NCBI RefSeq assembly: GCF_009834535.1
Contig: NC_045696.1
Coordinates: 10,046,001-10,110,000, forward strand
Origin: Camelus ferus
Taxonomy: Eukaryota
Length of the DNA: 64,000 nt
Direction: 5' to 3'
Shown: in pieces, positions 52,776 through 64,000 of the stretch
How the letters are laid out: each line of letters starts with the position of its first letter
How positions within the stretch are numbered: the stretch's first letter is position 1
Position numbers and translations under genes: made by a program
The notes under the pieces: model-generated
Told to the model about the DNA's origin: nothing
Seen by the model: only the letters and a program-made list of their open reading frames with translations
Databases searched by the model: none

Positions 52776-55700
52776 TTGTCAAGAGGAAAGATTCACTCAT
52801 ACTGCACGATTTATGGTAACTAATCATTATTAACTTGTACAAAGAAGGCTTAGTACTTCATGGTAAATGCTGTCTTAGACACTGAGCACTCATCTGTGTG
52901 GGGGAAAGTGAAGCACAGAGCTGAAGATGGTTCACCATTCTGAGTCTAAGATGTGCACTGCCTGAGTAGGGCATGGAGACCTTTAGAAAGATGTCTAAGT
53001 GGATGACACAGCCCAGGAGGACTGCCAGGCACTTCCACGCTGCCTCCCTCCATTGCCACTGACTGAAAGAAAGAAATGCTCTAAGGTAAACGCATTCACG
53101 CTAGGACTTGTCCTGCACAGTGACTAGACGGGAACTGACAAGGACTCAACTTTTCAACACAAAACACATCATCTAGTCTCTGTGTGGAGTCTCAATGGAG
53201 CTCTGAAAACTCTAAGCTGTGCTTCCGGTTGCTCCTTTGTTATCATAGTTAGCATATTAAAATATGGAACACTAAGCTATCAGTGCCAAGGAAAACTTAC
53301 AGTAACTACTAACACTGCCAAAGGCAAGGTGAGGTCAAGTGCTGCTGTCCAAAAAGTCCCTATTGGTAATGGTGTCTGACACCTGTTAGACCACAATTTT
53401 ATACCTATAGCTCAGCACTGTATGTAAGAAAAATAATTATCAGAATGACTCTATGAATTCTCCAAAAAATGTTTGATTCTCCTGTAAAATGAGGTAAAAA
53501 GAGAAAGTCATAGATAATCGCTAATTTTAAACTGGTGTTTCTAGAACATGAATACAAGACTATTGATTCCCCAGCATGATAAATTACTTGCTGCATATTG
53601 AGTATATTTAAAAAGCAGAAAATCTGGTCCACTGAATTAAAACTACTTTAAGAAGTGTTCATTCATACTAGCAATAATTACTAACAAAATCAATTATTCC
53701 TGGTTAAAACGCTGGTCAGATTTTTCATTTGATCATCAAAAAACTAAAATTTACTGTTCACATAAAAGGCAGTGAAAATACAAAGGCTATCGATGGGAAT
53801 TCTAGCATAAAAGCTTCAACATCAAAGTGCTCTTATTTCCCCCCTTTTCTACAGACCTAAAAAAGCCAGGTTTATTCACCCTGTTTCCTTTTTCAAGTAA
53901 TTCTTGGTTTTGGGTGATAAAGACAGAAAGACACTTACATGTTGGGATCATTTTTGGAAAACATAAATATCGTATCTATAAGGTAAATGTCTACTAAAAT
54001 GCATGGAAAAATAGCCTTTTCTAAATGGAAAAAATGAGTTCTTAACTTCCATGAGATCAGACAAAAATGTAAAGGTCCAAGATTCTAGAGACCTTATGCT
54101 CCACAGCCCTGAATAACATCTGATCAGAACACTATAAATATGTTTTATATTCTCAGTATGTTGCTACCAATATGAAACAAATACCCAACTGCAAAAGTAA
54201 TTTTTTTCCCTCTTCAGTTAATGACTTGAGCATTTCCATTACTAGTTATTATGGGTGAGGAGGCATAAGTGTAATTATTGCTTAACTGAAGGAAAAAGGA
54301 GAGATTCTCATGAGAATGAATCTGAACTAGACATCTGGTAGATAGACTAAACCAGATTGCATATTGAAAAAAAAAAGCAAAGAAACAAAGGAAAAACTAT
54401 TTCTCATTCAAGAAACTAAATCCAAGTGTAGTTCCCAATCACAGTCTCATACTTGAGAATCTGGGCTAAAGCAGGGTGTTACTGTTCCCTATATGACCTT
54501 ATACTTGACAAACTGGACACGACCTTTAGTGTGCATCAAAAGAAGTGAATGGCTTATTGTAAGTAGTTTTGTACCAAAGAAACTGTGAGAGTTGGATTTT
54601 GCTGAATGTAGTCCTCATTTATGGTGCCAGCCATTGAATATAGGTTTAATGTTTCGACCAACTGATTTTAAACCTTTGCACTCCATAAGGTATTTCTCCA
54701 TTGTCACCATACTAGCTGATAATGAGGGAATTAAACTTTCTTTCCCTAGATGAACGATCCATTTTCTTTTCTATACCCTGCGGGCTGGTTTCCCTTTGGG
54801 AGAGGGAAGTTTAGCAAATTCACATCATCAGATTCAATGTGTGGGATGACTGGACAGCTGCCATTGTTTCACTCTCAGTAAGGGAGGAGTAATTTTTGCA
54901 TCGTTAGTGAGGGTGCTGTAAAGACACTGCTGAATCAAGACTAGCATGGGAGAAACCCCAAAGGGTCAGAATGCTGGCTCTCCTGGTCTATTTCATCTTA
55001 CAAGATACTGTAATTGCTAATGAATACACGCTCTAAAGTCAGGAATAGAAAGGCTTCATATTCTCCAATGTGACTACAATGAAGAAAAGAAAGCAGGAGA
55101 TACCCAAAAGGTCAAATCTTAAATCTGCCTCTGAGTTGTCTCAAATTATAAATCTTTTGATTCTTCAGTCTGTTTCTGTTTTGGTCTTAACAGATTTGAG
55201 AGGAATACTAGAAATAATAAGCAGTAAGGTAACATAACATAGGTCACTAGGTCCTCCAAATGAGTTTTAAATAACAAAATAATATAGCCATACTGACTTA
55301 AATTTAAAATAATGAAAAACTAAAATAAAAATTACAGCAGAAAGAAATGTTCTTATTTAAAAATAAGTATATTTGGAAAAAGGACTAGTGAGACAAAGGG
55401 CTAAAAAAATTAGCCTTTGTATCAGAGACTGTAATACTGAAGGTAGCATAAGTCAATTAAACACAGTAAGAGTGACTCACAGCATATTTTAAGGATGTTC
55501 TCTTTAGCAATGACGATAGTAATGCAACAGCCAAAATAATCTGTAAATCATCTGGGCATTATCAAAAATCACCCACTGGAGTATCATTTTCTCGTATGTA
55601 AATCTTGTTTTGGGTCAGATTTTTAGAGAAAGGAATCTTAAGATTAAGGCAGAAATCTGAATTACTACCTGGGTTCAGAAGATAACCTGAATACCTAACA

Positions 55701-57048
55701 GTCTATATTCCCAGAGACTGTTAAAAAGGACTACAAGCTTGCAACAGTGCCATACTTTTTTTGCTTGAAATAGTGACAAGTCACAGAGTTAATGCAGGGA
55801 TTTCTATCGTGTTTATTCTAGAAAAGGAGAACTGACAGCGGTACTTTCAATATTGACTTATGACACATCATCACATGTGTACAAATATAGAACATACATA
55901 TATAGTGCACACACACACAAACACCCATCCTGTATAAGCATAAAGACAAAAAATCTCCGAAACACTAAGTTGGCTCAAATAATATTTCCCCTAAGATCAC
56001 TTTCCTGAAATTGTACAACTGAGGAAAGTTCATTACTTACTACCTTGAAAAAAAAACAAAAAAACAAATACTAGCTCAGATGTCTAGACAATTTGGCCTA
56101 GAATCTCAACTCAAAAGTCAACTAAAAATCTCAGATATGTTTTCTGATTTGTTTTTCTATTTCTACTAATGAAGAACAGGATTTTAACTTTTTCCTAGTG
56201 CCAAAAGCTAAACTGTATAAAGGATTGTAGGTTGAAAGAAGAAAATATTTGAGGAAAAAAAGTGTAAAATCCAATTTGTTATCAGAACATAATTGATTAA
56301 AAACTCTAATAACTACTTTAATCTAAAGTATGTGATCATTGTTGCTAGGAAATGAACTGTGCGCCTTCCAGTTTTATTACAAGATAATAATCATTCTTAA
56401 GATGATAAAGTCGTAAAGTTAAATGAAAAGTATCAAATCAGAAAAAGGCTGTGATCTAACCCCTGCTACATTCCCTAAGAGCTTTGGCATTTCCCTGGGT
56501 TTTACTGTGTAAATATGGCAAAACCATACACCACTTCTGCCACGGAGACAGAAGCAATTACTCCACTAGGCAACAAAATTTTAAAATGTGAGGTAACAAA
56601 ATACAGATCTGTATTCAAGGACAATCTTGAAGGTAAGAAGAGGCAGAAAAATTTTTAGTTTTAAAAGAGACAACAGTTCGTTCTGAGTTGTCTTCAAAGA
56701 TCAAGCTTTTGGAGCCTAGCTTTTAGAATTCAACTTGATGTAGTTCCCAACAGCCAAAAAGGATGGGGATGTGTAAAAATGTAACTCAGGTTAAAAGACA
56801 GATGCCAGGAGACAGGGCCTCTCACTCAGCCCTAATTTAGAGATGCCAAATCCATTTTCATATTTTAAAGGAGAAAAAATTCAACTTAGACTGTTCAGTA
56901 TTCATCCATAAGTGTGAAGGCTTTCATAAAGGCTGACAAATCAGCACAATATATTTTTCTGCCTGGGAACAAGTATCAACTAATCACCTAGCCAGTTAGA
57001 AAAGTGAAGGAGTAGCAGGTACATGTAGGCTGCACACAGAATAGTTAC

Positions 57049-57188
57049 CTTCAGCTGATTGTTGAAAATATCAATCTCCTGTAGTTTTGACCTAGTTTCT
57101 TTCTCCACTTCATCCAGTTGGTCTCGGAGCTGCTGCCGAGCTAGTTCTTTTGCTTCTAAGGCTCTTTTCAGTGTGAGAAGTGAATCCC
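57049..57188 (-). CDS. ITSN1: ITSN1 exon 16 ([15 protein letters not shown]...FNNQLK), 140 nt
   Basis: TAG acceptor, GTAACT donor; 88+140 nt restores the frame. Confidence 0.97.
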
Positions 57189-57326
57189 CTATTTCAGAAA
57201 AACATTGCAAGAAGGAAAAAACAAATGAGCAGTGAGGAAAAGTGGCTTTTCATGCTCTCATTTCAACTAAGGAAATTCTTGCCAGGAAAAAAAGGAAAAT
57301 GTCAACCTTAAAAATTAAACACCTAC

Positions 57327-57414
57327 TGTGCAAACTGTTCTGCTGAACTTGTTTTAATTGGTCATTGAGTATCTGTTTTTCTGGGATAAGTCTTCCAAGC
57401 ATTTGTTGAGACTC
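57327..57414 (-). CDS. ITSN1: ITSN1 exon 15 ([29 protein letters not shown]), 88 nt
   Basis: Pyrimidine tract + CTAG acceptor, GTAGGT donor; not in the ORF track in this frame, translated by hand. Confidence 0.95.
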
Positions 57415-58663
57415 CTAGGAGAGAAAGAGAAAACAGCAATGAATGATGCAGAAAACTACCGTGTTTAGACCCTCCAAGTGCAGGCAGGCACAGGTCAGTT
57501 TTCTCATCCCTCAAAGACTCTCCTAATCTCATCCCAAATCCTCTATAGTGAAACTGCATTTAATCGCTAGTCAGGGTTCTTGTTTTCTTGCTGAGGAATT
57601 AACTGTTGGCCAAATGCTTTTCACTGAAATAAAGTTAAGACAGTTATAGCTCCCTTGATATTTCTTACATTTTTGTTGACTTACTGCTTACTTATAAGCT
57701 TTAAAAAATGTACCTAAAGTACAACTCAGCAGAGAAAACTCAAAGGAATGACCTCGCAACTGTGCTGGGATCAAATGCCATTGCAGTGACCCTGCTGTCT
57801 GTAAACTGACTCAGTAGTTTTAACAGGAACTATTCTGTCTTGAACTTTGATCTTTAATGGTGTTGAAATGAGGATTCCCACACACCTGAAACTGGAAACA
57901 GACATCAAAAAGAGATTAACAGTTAGAATCTTAGCTGCCACACGTTTGTCCACCATTCAGGATAGAGCTACAGTTTTAAACAGGTACACAGAAATCTCGA
58001 ACCAACTATTTTTTTACTGACATAGATAAAAGCTAAAACACATTGTATGAAGCTGTTTGAAGTTTTCATGGCTGACTCAACAAGCAACTGTGTTTGCTGA
58101 AATTATTCAATACAGTTTCTATACATTTTAGTAAAAGGACAGCTCTTCCATGGGACAGGGTCCCTGGAAGGGTCCTCAGGATGGAACATAAAGGAACAAG
58201 AAGACACCCAGAAATTTTTCCACAAAAACATCAGCTTTGGGGGGAACAGAGGGAGGTAGGTAGATGAGGGCAAGGCTGAGGATGTGAGATGCAGTCCATA
58301 TGGAATCCCATTAAGTCTTATGCATATATGTGTTTGGAAGTCTGCACACACATGGTTCTGGTTGTGTGTGAAAATGTTTATGCGTTCATGTTTTTATACT
58401 CACTGTGTGCATGTGTATGTGTGTGTACATGTGTGTGCGTGCATGCACCCATGGCTTGCTAAGGTACATGGAAGGTGCTAGCATAAACTCCTAAAGTGGG
58501 GGGGAAAAAAGGACAGCTTTTCCAGCCTTTATTAAGGAATATTTAACTTTTATTTTTACCCTGATTTAAGAAAAAAAAATCTCTCTATATTAACTTTTGG
58601 TTTGAAAAAATAAAAATGTCCTAATTAAAAATTTTCATCAGAAAAAAAATAATGAGGACTTCA

Positions 58664-58827
58664 AGGGGTGGGGGGTATAGCTCAGCAATAGAGCCCATGC
58701 TTGGAATGCAAGAGCTCCTGGGTTCAATTCCCAATGCCTCCATTAATAAAGTAGTAGTAGTAGTAGTAGTAATAATAATAATTATTATTATTATTAATTA
58801 TATTTTATTATTATTATTATTATTTTC
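58664..58827 (+). mobile_element. Camelid-type SINE with (GTA)n/(TAA)n/(TTA)n tail
   Basis: GGGTATAGCTCAG...GGGTTCAATTCCC followed by trinucleotide repeats. Confidence 0.8.
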
Positions 58828-58937
58828 ACCAGTCCTTTCTGGAACAACCACCTTTAGATACAGACTGGTTTGTGTACAATAAACCAGTCCTTTCTGGAAC
58901 AACCACCTTTAGATACAGACTGGTTTGTGTACAATAA
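58828..58937. repeat. Perfect 55-bp tandem duplication
   Basis: accagtcctttctggaacaaccacctttagatacagactggtttgtgtacaataa x2. Confidence 0.95.
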
Positions 58938-59749
58938 ACCTTTGTGTACTACATGTCTGAACGGTAGAGAGATACATAGCTCAATGCAGAGGATTTGAAG
59001 CATCTTCTCATATGCATAATCCACACAAACACATGTGCACACCTCTTGGCCCCAATTTGGAGAAAACAGAATGCACAAATTAGATCATTTTCCCAAAAGA
59101 GCACAGCCAACCGAGTTTCTCCTCTTACTCTCCTCACTAAATTCAGGCAAGGCCTCTTACCCAGTCCCAAAGTTTCTTTCCTGAACCAGGACAAACAATG
59201 AAGTATCAGGATGAAGCCTGGCTCAGATCTTTGAGATTGGTTTACTTATATAAACATTACTTTTAAATGTACAACCGAAGTTTCTAAAATAGGTCAAACC
59301 AACATGAAGGGCTACCTGACTTATTTGCATAGCAGGAATCTGCTAACTCTTGTAAGGAAAGGAAATCAATATCTCATTGCCTACTATGTACCTGGCTTTC
59401 TTCAAAGTATGAATTATTTTTAACTTCATTACTTTTTTAGGAATCTTGATTTCTATTTTGTTACCAATAACTGAACACACTAAGCATCAATCTTACATGT
59501 TTGGGCACACGTCATTCAGTGAGATAATAAATAAGCACATGATCTTCACTCTTAAATTTTACAGGGGAATATTTCATGAAACTTCTCATAAACAGTTAAT
59601 GAAAAACACATAAAGAGTTACCATATAAAAGAATATACTTTAAAAAGGTGCATGCATTTTAAAATATTGTCAAACAATTTCTAGCAGTAAACTTCTGACA
59701 CTATTTACATTGTATGTCATATCCTAGTATCTCAAATTGATGAGGCCTT

Positions 59750-62700
59750 CAATGGTAATCAGTAAGGACACCGAAGACATGAACAAAACCATGAATCAAC
59801 TTGATCGTCTGACATTTATGGAAACCCACCCCCAACCCAACTTCAACAAAGTACACATTCTTCTCAAGCGCACATGGAATAGTCACCAAGACAGTCACAT
59901 GCTGAGCCGTAACATAAGTCTCAATAAACTTAAAAGGATTAAAAAGAATTAAAATCATACAGAATATGTTCACAGATCATACCATAAATAAATAAAAAAT
60001 CAGTAAGACAGCTGTAAAACAAAAAAAAAAATCCAAGTATTCGGAAACTAAACAGCATAATTCTAAATAACCCATCAAAGAAATGATAAAGGTAGTCAAA
60101 AAAAGGTTTTGAATTGAATGAATATAAAAATATAACATTAAAATGTGTAATATGACTATGACAATGCTTAGAAGGAAATTTATAGCTTAAAGTGTTTATA
60201 CATTATCAAAAATGAAAGGTCCAAATTCAATAATCTAAGCTTCCTCCTAATGAGGCTAGAAAAAAGCAAATTAAGTCCAAAACAAATAGATGGAAGGAAA
60301 TAATAAGAAGCCTAAGTAAACAAAATTGAAAACAGGCATACTATAGGGGAAAAGAAAAAAATTAATAAAACCAATAAGCTCCTAGTTAGATGGAGAAAAG
60401 GAGGAGGAGGGGAAGGTAGAGGAGGAAGGGAAGGAGGAAGGAGAGGAGGCGTTGGACTGGGAGAGAAAAGATACAAATTCCCAGTATCAGGAATGAAAGA
60501 ACTAACACCACTGCAGATACTACAGACTGGCAAAGAACAATAGGGAGAATATTGTAAATAATTGTATATAAATACATTTGTTAATTTAGATGAAATGCAA
60601 AAATTAATTGAAAGATACCATTATTAAAACAGACTAAAGAAAAAAAACAGAAAACTGGTATAGCCTTGTTTCTACTGAATAAATTCTGCAATAAAAGTCC
60701 TTCCACAAAGAAAGCTCTGGGCCCAGAAGGCTTCACCACTGAATGCCACCAGAAATTTAAGGAAGAAACTCAGGCATCCCTCAGTATCCATGGGGGATTG
60801 GATCCAGGATCCCCTCAATAGTAAAATCCAAGGATACTAAAGGCCTTCATATAAAATGGCATAGTACAATCAGCCCCTGAATCCTAGGGTTGGTTGAATC
60901 CACACATGTGGACTAACTGTACTGAGACTGGAATCTGGTAACTATTTTAGGAGGTGAGAGAAAGTTATAGAAATACACAGGATTTTAAGAGAGAAGCTGA
61001 TGGGGTTATCTAGGGAGGCAGTGTGTGCTATCAAGGTTAGAAGTAAAGTCTTAAAGTCACATAGACCTGGCTTCCGATTTGGACTCCTGCTTTCCAGCTA
61101 GAAATCGAATGCTAGAAACTGATTCTAGAATGTTCCCTTCTAGAATCTTCAATTTCTCACCTATAACGTGAGAATGATGATAGTGCTCTTACCAGATTAT
61201 TGTGGGACTCTATTAAATATTCACATTACACTCTTAGCACTGAGCAGACCTGGCACACGCCAGGCTTTCAATAAATGGTAGCTACCACTACAGTCCACAA
61301 TATCTGGATTCAACCAGCCTAGGGTCAAATTTCAATCCAAATATGCAGACATGAAAGGACTACTGTACTATCCATTTTATATAAAGGACTTGAGCATCCA
61401 TAATTTTGGTATCATCAGGCAACTTGCAACAAGTTCCCCACGGGTATTAAGTGAAGACTACCATTTCATGTATTTTCAGAAAATAAAGAATATCCTACAA
61501 CTTATTTTCTTATTTATTACCCTGATACCAAAGCTAGACAAGGAAGTTATGAGAAAAGGATAAACCATATCCCTCATGAATTTAAATTAAAAGATCTCTA
61601 GTAATAGCAAGTTGAATCCAGTAAAACATTTTTTAAACACTAATATCAAGTTCAGTTCACCCCAAGAATGGAAAGTCAGTTTAACATTCAAATTTCAACC
61701 AAATTTAAATCACCATATTAACAAAATAAAGGATAAAAACACATGAACAGCTCAAAAGATACAGGAAAAAAATATGATGCAATTCAACATCCATTCATGA
61801 TAAAAACTCTCAGCAAACAAGGAACAAAAGGAAAGTCCCTCAGCCTGATAAAGGGCATCTACAAAAAACAAACAAACAAACAACAACAACAACAACAACA
61901 ACAAAAACCTACAGTTAACAGCATACTTAATGGTGAGAGACTGAATGCTTTCCCTCTAAGATCAAGGACAAGACTCTCCCCACTTCTATTTAACATAGTA
62001 CTAGAGGTTGTAATCAATGCAGTTAAGACAAAGAGAAATAAAAGGCATATACATTGGAAAGTAAGATATAAAGTTATCTTTATTCACAATGTTTATGCAT
62101 TTAGAAATTCTAAGGAAACTACGATAAAGCTATTAGGACTAATAAATGAGCTAAACAGTATCACAGATATAAGGTCACTATAAAAATGAATTATTTCTAA
62201 ATACTGGCATCAAACGGTAGTAAATTAAAGTTAAAATACATTACACACAATAGCATCAAAACCTCTATATAGTTAGGGCTGAACTTTACAAAATACGTAC
62301 AAAACTTGTACACTGAAAACTACAAAACACTGCTGGAAGAAATTTGTAACAACCCAAATAAAATTGAGAGATATCATAGGACTCAATATTATTAAGATGT
62401 CAACTCTTCCCATACTGATCTATAAACTCAGTGGAATTCCAATAAAAATCCTAAGTACTTTTGTAAAAACTGACATGCTGATTTTAAGGCTTATGTGGAA
62501 ATGTAAAGGGCCTAAATAGGCAAAATAATTTGAAAAAGAAAAATATTGAGGAACTCATACTACTTGATTTCAAAAATTATTATGAAACTAAAATTATCAA
62601 CTGAGTGAAATACTGGTGAAAGGACAGACACAGATCAGTGGAATAGAACAGAGTCTAGAAAAGATTTTTACAAACGTGGTCAATTGATTATCAACAAGCT
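59750..62700 (+). mobile_element. Degenerate L1 ORF2 (EN/RT region) fragment, interrupted at about 60771-61461
   Basis: ORF 61743-62183 contains IQHPFMIKTL, PTVNSILNGERLNAFPLRS and LSPLLFNIVLEV (L1 RT motifs); many stops and frameshifts. Confidence 0.88.
60771..61461. mobile_element. TcMar-Tigger (MER2-like) inverted arms enclosing a MIR (about 61010-61285)
   Basis: Left arm CATCCCTCAGTATCCATGGGGGATTGG...ATATAAAATGGCATAGTAC is mirrored at about 61360-61461. Confidence 0.65.
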
Positions 62701-62769
62701 ACCAACTATTCTCTATACATAAATCTCCAGAACTCCCCCTAATATACTTAACTGCACTTATTTACTTGT

Positions 62770-63375
62770 GCTTAACACGATAAAGGCAAAGTCCTGTAAG
62801 TGGACTACAGGTCCTATATGATCCAGCCTACCTGCTACACCCACAGCAGTCTCCTTGCTGAAACTGACATCAAAGAGATGGGCTACAGCCTCAGGTCTTC
62901 TGCACTGCTGTTCCCCTACCTAGAACTTGCTCTGCCAGATAGCCACTTGGCTCAACCACTCATCTCTTTTAAGTCTTTGCTCAAGCAGCACCCTCAGAGA
63001 GAGGCATTTCTTGACCACCTCATTTAAAATCACAGCCCTCCTTACTGCTGAGAATTCTCTAACTCCTCCCTACTCACTCTCCACAGCACTTTTCATTTTC
63101 TAATAGATTACATACTTGTCTTATTTCATTAGTGCCTGTCTCCCCTGAAACAGAGGGTAAGCTCCATGAGGGAAGGCTCTTTGTCTCTGCTATCCACTGC
63201 TGGATCCTCAGTTTTTACCAGAGCTTGCACCGTGCCAGCACGCAGCAGTGTCAGCAAGTGTGCTGAGTTACTAGACAACCTATTTTCAGGCAATGACCGT
63301 GTCTATTTTGTCTTCCCTTCCCAGCGCCTAGCAGATGCTTGATGTTTGCTGAGTGAATAAATGAATGAAATGAAT
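62770..63375 (+). mobile_element. L2 3' remnant
   Basis: AAGCTCCATGAGGG...TGAGTGAATAAATGAATGAA terminal motif. Confidence 0.7.
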
Positions 63376-63425
63376 CAGAGAAAGGCATGGAAGCCAAAAA
63401 GCTACTAAGGGACATGTTTTCTCAC

Positions 63426-63566
63426 CTGTAATTGTTGCTGTAGATGGGTGATTTCAGCAATTCTCAACTCTCTAGATTTGTTCGTGCTCTCAATCTCTTG
63501 CCTCTGGGTCGTCAATCGACATCTGATATCCTGAAGTTTTCCTTCTAGTTGATGCTTTTTATCATT
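63426..63566 (-). CDS. ITSN1: ITSN1 exon 14 ([10 protein letters not shown]...HLQQQLQ), 141 nt
   Basis: AAG acceptor after an 86-nt intron, GTGAGA donor, in frame. Confidence 0.97.
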
Positions 63567-63652
63567 CTTTAACAGATGAAAAATAATAAGAATGATTAGT
63601 ATTTTCATGGCTCAGTGTAAGCAGATTCTCAAAGCATAATCAAACCACTCAC

Positions 63653-63802
63653 TAGAGCTTCTAATTCAAATTCCAAAGTCTTCTTCTTTGCTTTTAGCAC
63701 AACTATGTCCTCTTGTTCTTTGTTTCTTTGATTTAATAGTTCTTGTCTCCGGTTCCGTTCCCATTCAAGTTGTCGTTGCCTTTCAAGCTCCCGTTTTGCA
63801 GC
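63653..63802 (-). CDS. ITSN1: ITSN1 exon 13 (coiled-coil; [10 protein letters not shown]...FELEAL), 150 nt, phase 0-0
   Basis: TCACAG acceptor, GTGAGT donor; translation matches the intersectin-1 KLERQ-rich region. Confidence 0.97.
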
Positions 63803-64000
63803 CTGTGACAGACATAGACGATTTATTAATTTTTTATTTCTTACACTATACAATATCGCTTAATAAACTTTACATCTAGTAAGTCTTTTCTTTTAGGGGT
63901 TAAATATTATTAAATATTAAAAGAAATTTTTATTATAAAATAGCAAAAAAAATTTTTGGACAAGTGCGGGAAAAAAGAGAATACTTAGGCTAATATAGTT

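Noticed and set aside
55481..55717. 237-nt phase 0-0 segment with good AG and GTGAGT ends
   Set aside because: Three stops in 79 codons is about chance level, and there is no similarity to intersectins
55130..56698. Shared 12-mer tctgagttgtct at 55130 and 56682
   Set aside because: One 12-mer match is expected by chance over several kb
57321..57326. Alternative donor 4 nt downstream of exon 15 (GTAG|GTGTTT)
   Set aside because: A common tandem-donor pattern that would frameshift; no supporting evidence
58828..58937. CRISPR-like array
   Set aside because: Two adjacent copies with no spacers, in mammalian intronic DNA
61743..62183. 146-aa RT-like ORF as a host gene
   Set aside because: Fragment of a decayed L1 ORF2 with a (CAA)n insertion and deleted motifs

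Overview
Mammalian genomic DNA, probably camelid given the abundant tRNA-derived Vic-1-like SINEs (inference). The window lies within ITSN1 (intersectin-1), transcribed on the minus strand. Exons 13-30 (numbered by analogy to human) were traced through GT-AG junctions and splice in frame to 785 codons plus a stop. They cover the coiled-coil region, SH3A-E, the 15-nt neuronal VKGEW microexon and the short-isoform terminal exon, whose stop codon is split across a junction. The alternative terminal exon 22a is intact and appears L2-derived. The long-isoform DH-PH-C2 exons were not found and should lie below coordinate 1. Introns carry SINE, L1, L2, MIR, MLT and DNA-transposon remnants, plus a half-tRNA-Glu retrocopy. 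I see no new gene system. The best leads are candidate cryptic exons: an in-frame exon in intron 25 with a codon-conserved internal repeat, a decayed exon-17/18-like pair in intron 16, a 6-nt microexon in intron 17 and a poison-exon acceptor in intron 26. Repeat-family names and boundaries are from recognition by eye and are approximate.
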